Sequence record: CM065893.1
Reading direction: 5' to 3' (one strand)
Length of the DNA: 32,000 nt
Shown: in pieces, positions 8,804 to 19,123 of the stretch
How the letters are laid out: every line of letters begins with the position of its first letter
Position numbering within the stretch: the stretch's first letter is position 1
Made by a program: the position numbers and the translations under genes
Notes under the pieces: generated by a model
Seen by the model: only the letters and a program-made list of their open reading frames with translations
Told to the model about the DNA's origin: nothing
Database searches by the model: none

Positions 8804-10015
8804 ATGGAAAAATTTAGAAACTTAAAAACATTTTCTAGTAAAGTTTCTACATCTACTTTTATTTCTACTCATCAGAGACTTAATGTGAAACATGCTACTA
8901 TACATTCATTTAGTACTCAGTTACCAATCTGTCCGTGTTTGAAAAGAAAAGAATTTTCTAATTGGTTAGCTGGAATTACTGAGACAAATGGAAGTTTTTC
9001 TTTTTCAATTACCAAAAAGAAAAATTCAATCTGGAATTGTACTTTTAAAATAGCACTATCTACGTATAACTTAACACTACTTTATTTTATTAAGAAAAAC
9101 TTACAATATGGAAGTGTAAATAAAAATAGTGGAAAAAATATGGCTGAGTTTAGAATTAAAGATAAAAAAACTTTAGTTAATATAATTGTTCCACTTTTTA
9201 TGCATTATCCATTGTATTCTACAAAACATTTTTATTTCCTAAGGTGGGTGAAAGCTTTAGAAATCTTAGAAAACAATACATCTACTACTGCTGAAAAAAA
9301 TGAAGTTTTAACTTTATTAAAATTAGAAACTCCTGCAGATACATATATTTCTCCAGCTTGGAAGAAAAATGTACCAAGCAATGATTGGATTTATGGATTT
9401 ATAGAATCAGCAGGAAGTTTTTTTATTAAAAATAAAAATAATTCTACTACTCTAGCAGAAACGAGCCTAAGAAAAAACTCTAACGAGTTACTTCGTTACG
9501 AAGTTTTTTCAAACCAAGGGGATTTACAGTCTGTTTGTGTTTGTCTGTCTAGACAAACAGACAACAGACAAACAATAAATTCTGGTAATCATACAAATGA
9601 AAGCATGAAAATGGTTCATAGTTTTAGTATTACGCAAAAATTAGATGAAATTATTTTACAATTTTTACGTAAAAAATTTCATATTTCTAGTAAAATAATA
9701 GTTTGTCCGTGTCCGCAGGGAAAAGCCTCAGAAAAAACGAAGTTTTTGTCTTGTCCGTCTGGACAGACAAACACCAAGGGGTCTGTTCAGACAAACAGAG
9801 GACAGACAAACACTAAAAGAAATATTTATAAGTTAGAAACTACTAATTCTAGAAGTATTGGAAGAATACAAAAATTTTTTTTGAATAAATTTAAAGGACT
9901 AAAAAGTTTAGAATACAAGATTTGGGCTAGAAGTTTACATCATAAAAAAAATAATGAAAAACTTGTAAAAATACAAAATTTATTAAGAAAAATAAGCAAT
10001 AAAAATAAAACATAG
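8804..10015 (+). CDS. LAGLIDADG homing endonuclease-like ORF (403 aa) carrying in-frame repeat insertions
   Basis: Two dodecapeptide motifs, FSNWLAGITETNGSFSF and NDWIYGFIESAGSFFIK. Free-standing in the intron (upstream exon frame stops at 8540). Repeat-derived segments at about 9466-9573 and 9701-9813. Confidence 0.8.
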   Translation: MEKFRNLKTFSSKVSTSTFISTHQRLNVKHATIHSFSTQLPICPCLKRKEFSNWLAGITETNGSFSFSITKKKNSIWNCTFKIALSTYNLTLLYFIKKNLQYGSVNKNSGKNMAEFRIKDKKTLVNIIVPLFMHYPLYSTKHFYFLRWVKALEILENNTSTTAEKNEVLTLLKLETPADTYISPAWKKNVPSNDWIYGFIESAGSFFIKNKNNSTTLAETSLRKNSNELLRYEVFSNQGDLQSVCVCLSRQTDNRQTINSGNHTNESMKMVHSFSITQKLDEIILQFLRKKFHISSKIIVCPCPQGKASEKTKFLSCPSGQTNTKGSVQTNRGQTNTKRNIYKLETTNSRSIGRIQKFFLNKFKGLKSLEYKIWARSLHHKKNNEKLVKIQNLLRKISNKNKT

Positions 10016-10240
10016 TACGTTTAAACAGTAAGACGTATAAACTACAGACGTAAGCTTACAAGACGTATACGTTTGTGGTCCACGTTGCTGCTACGCTAAA
10101 TCACACACCAGGGTAGCAGCTGTGTATACATTTTATTGTATCTTATTTTACTTTCACAGATGTGTCTAGCATGATGGTATAGTCCGATCCGGTGCGAAAG
10201 CACACGGCGTAAAGCATGAGAATATAATGTATACTTTTAG

Positions 10241-10437
10241 TGTATGTCTAGCGTAGCATTGTTCGTCTGTTTAGACAAACCCCTTTAACATGTTTGTCTG
10301 TCGTCTGTCCGTGTCCGTCTGTCGTCTGTCCGTCTGTCCAGACGGACACGGACAGACGACAGACGGATACGGACAGACGGGGGTTTTCTAAAATAAAAAA
10401 AAAATTTTTTTACAGACGTACAGACGCAGACGTACAA
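10241..10437. repeat. repeat cluster inside cox1 intron 1, ending 35 nt before the 3' splice site
   Basis: tgtctagcgtagcattgttcgtctgtttagacaaac...gtctgtcgtctgtccgtgtccgtctgtcgtctgtccgtctgtccagacggacacggacagacgacagacgg...tctaaaataaaaaaaaaattttttt. Confidence 0.9.
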
Positions 10438-10471
10438 ATATACATTATATTTGGAGCTTTCAACACCAATG

Positions 10472-10952
<481 letters not shown>

Positions 10953-12217
10953 TAATAATTTAGTCGAATAATTTTTCGAACAATGATGGGTCTCTTACTA
11001 TGTGAATAGTAAGTAATTAAATTTTGCTGTATGCTGGAAACGCCTTAGAGCTTAAAGTCCATGTATTATATTATTAATACATTGGTAAAATCTTTAAGAT
11101 TGGCCAATCAGCAAGAAACTATTTTAATAATAAGATATAAAAAAATCTATATATAGAATTTATATACCCTTATTATTCTAATTTATAAGAAAAAATACTT
11201 TATGAATAAAATAGGATCTTCAGAGACTATACGCAAAACAACTTTTAATTTAGAGACTTACAAAAAAAACTTAGTCAACCACAAAAAAAAAATAAACATA
11301 GATTTTTTAGAATGGTTTATTGGATTTGCAGAAGGTGACGGGAGTTTTATTGTAAGTAATAATCGTTTATTTTTTATAATTAATCAAAAAGAAGAAAAAA
11401 TTCTTCATAGTATTCGTACAAATCTAGGTTTTGGTAAAGTATCTACATACAAAACATACTCACGATTTATTGTGGCTGATAGAAAAAATATAGATAGATT
11501 GATTTCTATTTTTAATGGTAACTTAGTACTATATAAAACTAATAGTAGATTTGTTTCTTGGCTAAATGCTAGAAACACATATTGTAATGAAAAAATACAA
11601 TATTCAAACAAAAACGAATTATTGAGTTTTAAAGACAATGCTTGGTTATCAGGTTTTATCGATGCAGAAGGATGTTTTAATTCACTTAGAAAAAAAAATC
11701 TTAAATGTAAAATAGGGTTTACAGTTAATTTACGCTTTATAGTAGATCAAAAAAGCGAAATTTCTATTCTTAAAAAAATACAGTTTTTTTTACAATCTGG
11801 AAATATGCAAAAAAGATTAAAAATAGAAAATATGTATAGAATAGTAGTCTCGCATAGGAAAAGTCATGAAATATTAATACAATATCTAAACAGGTATCCA
11901 TTACGCACTATTAAAAAAGTGTCTTATTTCCGTTTTTGTTCTATTTTAAGATATATACAAGATTTAGATAATTACCCTTGGACACAAAAAGGTTTAAAAA
12001 AACTAGAAAGATTAATTAAAAACACATAATTATATATATTTGCTTTATTTTTATAGTAAACTGAGTTTAACTTAATTAAACAAAAAAGTAAAAGTAGAAA
12101 GGTAAAGACTTTTTAGTAATTTTACTATGTAGAGTAAATTTTATATTAAATATATTAAAAAATAATAAAAGTTGAAGATAGAGTCCCTTTGTTTTACGAA
12201 AGAAAACAAATACACGA
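10953..12217 (+). mobile_element. group I intron (cox1 intron 2) with internal LAGLIDADG ORF
   Basis: Interrupts FIVWA|HHMYTVG. Contains tgctgtatgctggaaacgcc, which resembles the rnl intron 2 core. Boundaries +/-1-2 nt (the alternative 10952..12216 would end in G). Confidence 0.65.
11202..12029 (+). CDS. LAGLIDADG homing endonuclease (275 aa)
   Basis: Two motifs, FLEWFIGFAEGDGSFIV and NAWLSGFIDAEGCFNS. No repeat insertions. Confidence 0.85.
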   Translation: MNKIGSSETIRKTTFNLETYKKNLVNHKKKINIDFLEWFIGFAEGDGSFIVSNNRLFFIINQKEEKILHSIRTNLGFGKVSTYKTYSRFIVADRKNIDRLISIFNGNLVLYKTNSRFVSWLNARNTYCNEKIQYSNKNELLSFKDNAWLSGFIDAEGCFNSLRKKNLKCKIGFTVNLRFIVDQKSEISILKKIQFFLQSGNMQKRLKIENMYRIVVSHRKSHEILIQYLNRYPLRTIKKVSYFRFCSILRYIQDLDNYPWTQKGLKKLERLIKNT

Positions 12218-12907
12218 CATCACATGTATACTGTAGGATTAGATATTGATACACGTGCTTATTTTACAGCAGCTACAATGATTATTGCAGTACCAACAGG
12301 TATTAAAGTTTTTAGCTGGTTAGCAACTATGTGGGGCGGTAGTATAGAATTAAAAACACCAATGTTATTTGCTATTGGGTTTATTTTTCTTTTTACCGTT
12401 GGAGGACTAACTGGAGTAATACTTGCTAATTCTGGTATTGATATTGCATTACATGATACTTATTATGTAGTTGCACATTTTCATTATGTATTATCTATGG
12501 GTGCAGTTTTTGCTTTATTTGCTGCATACTATTTTTGGATTGGAAAAATTACAGGGTTACAGTATCCTGAAACTTTAGGACAAATTCATTTTTGGATTTT
12601 TTTCTTAGGCGTAAACATTACATTTTTCCCAATGCACTTTTTAGGACTTGCTGGTATGCCTAGACGTATACCTGATTACCCAGATGCTTTTGCAGGTTGG
12701 AATGCTGTAGCTTCTTATGGAAGTTATCTTTCAGTGCTTGCCACAGTTTTCTTTTTCTATGTGGTATATAAAACTTTAACAAGTAATGAAAAATGTACAT
12801 CTAATCCTTGGGAAACGACTCCAGGTGTATCTTCTACTCTTGAGTGGATGGTAGGCTCACCACCGGCGTATCACACTTTTGAAGAAATTCCAAGTATTAA
12901 AGGATAA
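12218..12907 (+). CDS. cox1: cytochrome c oxidase subunit 1, exon 3
   Basis: [41 protein letters not shown]...[20 protein letters not shown]...; stop TAA 12905-12907. Total cox1 is about 518 aa. Confidence 0.9.
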   Translation, partial: HHMYTVGLDIDTRAYFTAATMIIAVPTGIKVFSWLATMWGGSIELKTPMLFAIGFIFLFTVGGLTGVILANSGIDIALHDTYYVVAHFHYVLSMGAVFALFAAYYFWIGKITGLQYPETLGQIHFWIFFLGVNITFFPMHFLGLAGMPRRIPDYPDAFAGWNAVASYGSYLSVLATVFFFYVVYKTLTSNEKCTSNPWETTPGVSSTLEWMVGSPPAYHTFEEIPSIKG

Positions 12908-12919
12908 ATTGATAGTATA

Positions 12920-13007
12920 CCCCTTGGTGTCCGTCTGTCGTCTGTCCGTCTGGACAGACGGACAGACGACAGACGGGACAATACTATGTATTTTTTATAA
13001 TCCCTGC
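12920..13007. repeat. repeat unit starting 13 nt after the cox1 stop
   Basis: ccccttggtgtccgtctgtcgtctgtccgtctggacagacggacagacgacagacgggacaatactatgtattttttataatccctgc. Confidence 0.92.
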
Positions 13008-13025
13008 TCATTTATTAAAATTTAA

Positions 13026-13083
13026 TTTTTTTGGTAGCAAAAAAACTTTAAACAACTAAAAAGTTTTTTTGCTACCAAAAAAA
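13026..13083. other. AT-rich stem-loop with a perfect 24-bp stem
   Basis: tttttttggtagcaaaaaaacttt (13026-13049), 10-nt loop, aaagtttttttgctaccaaaaaaa (13060-13083). Not a member of the GC-rich repeat family. Confidence 0.85.
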
Positions 13084-13323
13084 TCCCTACGTCTGTTGTT
13101 TGTCTAAACAGACGTACAGACATTAATTTACCAGCGTAACATCTTTGTCTGTTTAGACGGACCTTTTGGCATGTTTGTCTGTCGTCTGTTTGTCTAAACA
13201 GACGACAGACAAACACAAACAGGTTTTTTGCCAAAGGTAATAAAAAATACTATGTATTTTTTATAATCCGTGCAAGGCTTTTCTAAAATAAAAAAATTTT
13301 TTTTATTAATAGAAGCAGACGTA
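13084..13323. repeat. dispersed-repeat cluster upstream of nad4L
   Basis: cgtctgttgtttgtctaaacagacgtacagac; ttggcatgtttgtctgtcgtctgtttgtctaaacagacgacagacaaacac; ggtaataaaaaatactatgtattttttataatccgtgcaaggcttttctaaaataaaaaaatttttttt. Confidence 0.9.
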
Positions 13324-13368
13324 TAAAGTAAATTAAATAAAAAATAGTAAAATAAATATACAATTTTT

Positions 13369-13671
13369 ATGGATTTAGTTAAATATCTTGCAGTTTCAAT
13401 GACTTTATTTTTATTAGGTATATGGGGTATTTTTCTAAATCGAAAAAACATTATTATAATGTTAATGTCTATTGAATTAATGCTTTTAGCAGTTAATATG
13501 AATTTTTTACTTTTCTCTGTTTATTTAGATGATTTAATAGGTCAATTATTCGCTTTATTAGTGCTTACAGTAGCCGCAGCAGAATCTGCTATCGGACTAG
13601 CTTTGCTAGTAATATATTATCGTGTTCGTGGTACTATAGCTGTAGAGTTTATAAATTTAATTAAAGGGTAA
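13369..13671 (+). CDS. nad4L: NADH dehydrogenase subunit 4L
   Basis: 100-aa hydrophobic protein: [32 protein letters not shown]...[25 protein letters not shown], typical Nad4L/NuoK. Confidence 0.92.
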   Translation: MDLVKYLAVSMTLFLLGIWGIFLNRKNIIIMLMSIELMLLAVNMNFLLFSVYLDDLIGQLFALLVLTVAAAESAIGLALLVIYYRVRGTIAVEFINLIKG

Positions 13672-13699
13672 TATTCTATAGTTTGAGTTTTACAGAACT

Positions 13700-14345
13700 A
13701 CACGTAGTCTGTTTGTCTGGACAGACAAACATCAAAATTATAATGTCTGTACGTTGAGCGTAGCAGCAGACGTACACCAATTTTAAATAAAAACTTTTAT
13801 AATTTTTTATAAGTTTACTATAAAAATTTGAATACTAAGAAATAGCATTAAATGTACGTCTGCTGCTACGCTCAACGTACAGACATTACAAATTAATTTT
13901 TATGGTTTTTTACAGACGTACAAAGTTTAATTTTACTTGCTAATAGATGTACAAACGCACAGACATAGACGTGCAAAAAACAATTGAAAAAAAGTTATTT
14001 TTGTCTGTACGCCCACGTAGCAGCAAGATGTACACCAATTAATTGGTGTACATCTTGCTGCTACGTGGGCGTACAGACATGATTTTAATTAGTAGTTGAT
14101 TGTACATCTGCTACTACGCTAAACGTACAGATTACAATTGTTACAAACGTACAGACGTTTTTTCCTGTAAATTGTTTGCTGTCTGCATGTCTGTGTTTTA
14201 ATAAACTATCACCATCTTACAGACGTAAAGATTTTTTGAACATTTAGTTGTTTGTCTGTCCAGACAAACATATTATACTTTGTATAATTAAATCAATTGC
14301 TAAATAGTGTTTGTATGTCCAGCGTAGCAGCAGAATACAGACTTT
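13700..14345. repeat. nad4L-atp1 spacer filled with agcgtagca / acgtacag palindromes
   Basis: 34-bp perfect inverted repeat (13743-13776 / 13853-13886), perfect 76-bp palindrome (14003-14078), and further related arms at 14101-14140 and 14311-14345. Confidence 0.92.
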
Positions 14346-14410
14346 AAACGTACAAAGTAAAATTAAGAAAAATTTCAATTTATTAGAACAAATATTAAAA
14401 AGAAAAATTT

Positions 14411-15940
14411 ATGTCATTATCACTTAGTGAAATTTCAGTTTTACTTGAACAAAAAATATCAAATTCTTATTCTAAATTAAATATTGATGAAATCGGACGA
14501 GTTTTATCTATTGGTGACGGTATTGCCCGTGTATATGGTTTAAATAAAATACAATCAGGAGAAATGGTGGAGTTCCATAGTGGCGTAAAGGGTATGGCTT
14601 TAAATTTAGAAAATGATAATGTTGGAGTTGTACTTTTTGGTGGAGATAATGCTGTTAATGAAGGCGATATTGTAAAACGTACTGGTAATATTGTGGATGT
14701 ACCTACAGGAAAAGGTACATTAGGACGCGTAATGGATGCTTTGGGTAATCCTATTGATGGTAAAGGAGCATTAAAAAATGTTGTTCGTTCACGTGTAGAG
14801 GTTAAAGCTCCAGGTATTATTGCTCGTAAGTCTGTTCATGAGCCTATGCAAACAGGATTAAAAGCTGTGGATAGTTTAGTTCCTATTGGACGAGGTCAAC
14901 GCGAGTTAATTATTGGTGATCGTCAAACAGGAAAAACCGCTATTGCTATTGATGCTATATTGAACCAGAAAATAGTAAACCAATCTACAGATGAATCTAA
15001 AAAACTTTATTGTGTTTATGTTGCTATTGGTCAAAAAAGATCTACTGTAGCACAGTTAGTAAAAATTCTTTCTGAAGCTGGAGCATTAGAATATTCTATT
15101 ATTGTAGCGGCTACGGCATCAGATCCTGCACCGTTACAATTTTTAGCTCCTTATTCAGGGTGTGCTATGGGAGAATATTTTAGAGATAATGGAATGCATG
15201 CATTAATTATTTACGATGATTTAAGTAAACAAGCAGTTGCTTATCGTCAAATGTCTTTATTATTAAGACGCCCACCAGGTCGTGAAGCATTTCCAGGAGA
15301 TGTTTTTTATTTACACTCACGTCTTTTAGAAAGAGCTGCAAAAATGTCTGATCAAGCTGGAAGTGGATCATTAACGGCTTTACCAGTTATTGAAACACAG
15401 GCTGGAGATGTATCTGCTTATATTCCTACAAACGTAATTTCTATTACTGATGGGCAAATTTTCTTAGAAACTGAGTTATTTTATAAAGGAATTAGACCTG
15501 CTATTAATGTAGGACTTTCAGTAAGTCGTGTAGGTTCTGCTGCTCAACTTAAAGCTATGAAACAAGTAGCTGGGACTTTAAAATTAGAATTAGCTCAGTA
15601 TAGAGAAGTTGCAGCTTTCGCTCAATTTGGGTCAGATTTAGATGCTGCTACTCAATATTTATTAAATAGAGGGGCTAGATTAACAGAAATGTTAAAACAA
15701 GGACAATTTGCTCCAATGGATATTGAAAAGCAGGTTGTAATTGTATATGCTGCCACAAAAGGATATTTAGATAAAATGAATGTCTCTGATATTTCTAAGT
15801 TTGAACAATCTTTATTAAAAGAAGTAAACTCTGAAATTTTAAAAACTATTCGCGAAGAAAAATCTATTTCTGAAGAATTAGATAAAAAATTAAAAACTTT
15901 TTTTGATAATTTTACTGAAAAATTTTTAGCTTCAAGATAA
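14411..15940 (+). CDS. atp1: F1 ATP synthase alpha subunit
   Basis: 509 aa with P-loop [15 protein letters not shown], then ...[47 protein letters not shown]... Uninterrupted. Confidence 0.97.
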   Translation: MSLSLSEISVLLEQKISNSYSKLNIDEIGRVLSIGDGIARVYGLNKIQSGEMVEFHSGVKGMALNLENDNVGVVLFGGDNAVNEGDIVKRTGNIVDVPTGKGTLGRVMDALGNPIDGKGALKNVVRSRVEVKAPGIIARKSVHEPMQTGLKAVDSLVPIGRGQRELIIGDRQTGKTAIAIDAILNQKIVNQSTDESKKLYCVYVAIGQKRSTVAQLVKILSEAGALEYSIIVAATASDPAPLQFLAPYSGCAMGEYFRDNGMHALIIYDDLSKQAVAYRQMSLLLRRPPGREAFPGDVFYLHSRLLERAAKMSDQAGSGSLTALPVIETQAGDVSAYIPTNVISITDGQIFLETELFYKGIRPAINVGLSVSRVGSAAQLKAMKQVAGTLKLELAQYREVAAFAQFGSDLDAATQYLLNRGARLTEMLKQGQFAPMDIEKQVVIVYAATKGYLDKMNVSDISKFEQSLLKEVNSEILKTIREEKSISEELDKKLKTFFDNFTEKFLASR

Positions 15941-15964
15941 TTTAAATAATTAAAAACCTATTTT

Positions 15965-16975
15965 TACAGACGTTTAAACGTACAGACGTATCACTAGTAA
16001 AACAAGACGTATTAAATTTTTATGGTTTTTTACAGACGTACAATTCACCCCTTGGTGTCCGTCTGTCGTCTGTCCGTCTGGACAGACGGACACGGACAGA
16101 CAAAAACCTCGTAGCGAAGTAACTCGTAGAGTTTTTTCTTAGGCTATTCTCTGCTAAAATAATTTAAATAGTAAATAGAATAAGACTTTGTACGTCTGTA
16201 AAAAACCATAAAAATTTAATACGTCTGTTTTTTTATTAAAATTAAATAAAAAAACTCGTTTTTTTTGTAGTTTATTGATAGTTTAAAAATACAGACAAAG
16301 AAAAATTTTTATACCAGGTTTTATTAAATTTCACTATACGTCTAAACTTTTACTAAAAAAATTAAAACTTACTATGACATCTGTACCTTTACTAAAAAAT
16401 TAAAACTTAGTATTTAATTTATTATGTCTAAATACGTCTACAGACGTATTATAAGATGCAAACCATGTCTGTCGTCTGTCCTTGTCCGTCTGTCCAGACG
16501 GACAGACGACAGACGGACGGACAAAGAAAGATTTTTTACGTTTAGACGTTTAGACGTTTAGACGTACCAGATGTGTCTGTGCGTTTGTACGTATGGAATT
16601 GTCCGTCTGTCCGTCTGGATAAACGGAAGCTAGCAACGTTTAATACACTTTTAAACAATGGTTACAGACGTACAAACATAGAAGTTTTTATTATTTAAAC
16701 TATTTACTTAAAAAAATTTTTTATTTTAGCAGGGGTTATAAAAAATACTATGTATTATCCCGTCTGTCGTCTGTTTGTGTCCGTCTGGACAGACGGACAG
16801 ACGACAGACCCCTTGGCAGAAGCTCGTCCCTGCGGACACGGACCCCTTGGTTTGAAAAAACTTCGTAACGAAAGTAACTCGTAGAGTTTTTTCGTTACGA
16901 AGTTTTTGTCTGTCCGTGTTTGTCTGTTTAGATAAACAGACGACAGACAGACACCAAAGGGTAGTTTAAGTATTT
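15965..16975. repeat. atp1-rnl spacer: about 1 kb of mixed repeat clusters
   Basis: Includes the IR-bounded unit 16005-16226, the A palindrome at 16466-16525, tandem gtttagac x3 (16540-16563), and a C-A-D-B-A composite at 16730-16975. Confidence 0.9.
16005..16226. mobile_element. 222-bp unit bounded by a perfect 36-bp inverted repeat
   Basis: agacgtattaaatttttatggttttttacagacgta (16005-16040) is the exact reverse complement of tacgtctgtaaaaaaccataaaaatttaatacgtct (16191-16226). Interior carries an A+B repeat. A solo arm copy lies at 13892-13922. Confidence 0.55.
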
Positions 16976-19123
16976 CATTTTATTAGTGTACGTCTGTTGC
17001 TATGCTAAACGTACAAACATAAAACAAAAAAATAAAATTCAGTGTATTATAATGGCATGGAACGGATAACTTGGCAAATGAAGTATAAGACGTTAAACGC
17101 AACGAAACGCCATGAGGAGGTGCGTACTCCCTGAGATTCATGGATTTCTTTTTGGAAAACCAAAAAATTCTATTAACTTAGCGAATTGAAACATCTTAGT
17201 AGCTAAAGGAATTTAAATCAACCGAGACTCTGTAAGTAGTAGTGAACTAAAGCAGACTAGGCCTTGTGATTTTATTTTTTGGCCTAAATAATAAAAATCT
17301 AAAGTTTTATTTATTTAATAGGCCTTTGATTTATGCGTGTCATAAATCTTAGAAAGTAGTAATTTAAAGTCTGTCCGTTTGGACAGACAAAGAATTCATA
17401 AAAATTTTGAAATGTATAAAAAGCATTAAAAAGTAAAAAAGCGGAAACTCTTGCTAAAAAAGGTGAAAGCCCTGTAGATGTTTTTTAAACAAACGTATTA
17501 AATTTTTATAATCAAAAAAATAAAAAATCATTGAGTAAAACGAGAAACTTTTCTTGTTTGAACATAGGGGGACCACCCTCTAAGCCTAAGTATTATCATT
17601 TGACCGATAGTGTACAAGTACCGTGAGGGAAAGATGAAAAAGAACCCTAGAAAGGGAGTGAAAAAGATCTTGAAATTCCATGCCTACAATCAGTCGATGC
17701 TTACTATATCTAGCGTCTGTTTATCTAAACAGACGAACAATACAAATAAGTAACGGCGTACCTTTTGCATAATGGGTCAGCGACTAAATAAACTGAGCAA
17801 GCTTAAGCTGGTAAGTGGAGGCTTAGTAAACGCGAGTTTTAATAGTACGAAAAAAGTTCAATTTATTTGACCCGAAACCGAGTGATCTAGCTATGAGCAG
17901 GTTGAAAAAACGGTAACACGTTTGGGAGGACCGAACCCACGTTTGTTGCAATAAACGGGGATGACTTGTGGCTAGGGGTGAAAAGCCAATCGAACTCGGA
18001 AATAGCTGGTTTTCTGCGAAATCTATTGAGGTAGAGCATAATTTGAATTTAAAAAAAGGTAGAGCACTCTATAGGTAAGGGTGGCCCAAAGCTTTACCGA
18101 TCCTACGGAAACTCCGAATATTTTTTAAAATAAATTAAAGACAGACTTTGGGTGCTAAGGTCCAAAGTCTAAAGGGAAACAGCCCAGATCGTACGCTAAG
18201 GTCCCAAAGCTATAGCTTAGTGGTAAAAGATATTAATAAGCAAAAACAACCAGGAGGTGGGCTTGGAAGCAGCCATCCTTTGAAGAAAGCGTAATAGCTC
18301 ACTGGTCTAGCTTATTGGTGCTTAAAATGTAACGGGGCTCAAGCTATACACCGAAGCAACGATGATTAATTATATAACTATAATTAATCAGGTAGCAGAA
18401 CATTCTGTAAATCACAGAAAATAAATTGTAAAATTTTATTGGAGATATCAGAAGCGAAAATGCTGACATGAGTAACGTAAAATTCTGTTAAATTCAGAAT
18501 CGCCGGAAGTTGACGGTTTTCTACACATTTGTAATTCAGTGTAGAGTTAATCGGCCCCTAAAAATTATACGAAAGCAAAAAAAATGTTTACTATGTAAAT
18601 TTTTTGATGGGTAAAGATTTTTATTATCTTATGATTTAAAGTGACGAAAAAACTAAAAAACTATTTTTTGACAATTATTGGATAATTATTTATAGCTTTT
18701 TTTTTTCCTGGAAAAAACTTTAAAGAATTCACCGTACTTAAACCGACACAGGTCAACAGGTTTAGTAAACTAAGGCGTAGGAGAAAACTATATTTAAGGA
18801 ACTCGGCAAATTACCTCCGTAACTTCGGAAAAAGGAGGACCTTTGAAAAAAGTATTTTATCTAGTCTGTACGTCTAAACAGGCTGACAGTCAGTTTAAAA
18901 TACTTTTTTCAAAGGTGTCACAATTCAAGGGGTGGCGACTGTTTAATAAAAACACAGGACTCTGCAAAGTTTAAACACTAAGTATAGGGTCTGACACCTG
19001 CCCGGTGCTAGAAATCGAAGGACAAAGGTGAGAAAATGTTTTTTATTTTGTTATAAAAAATAATTTCAGGCTGGAAATTTAAGACCTAGTAAACGGCGGC
19101 CGTAACTCTGACGGTCCTAAGGT

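Noticed and set aside
13022-13451. ORFs 13022-13234(-) and 13194-13451(-)
   Set aside because: Repeat- and AT-rich spacer translations. The second runs antisense into the nad4L start.
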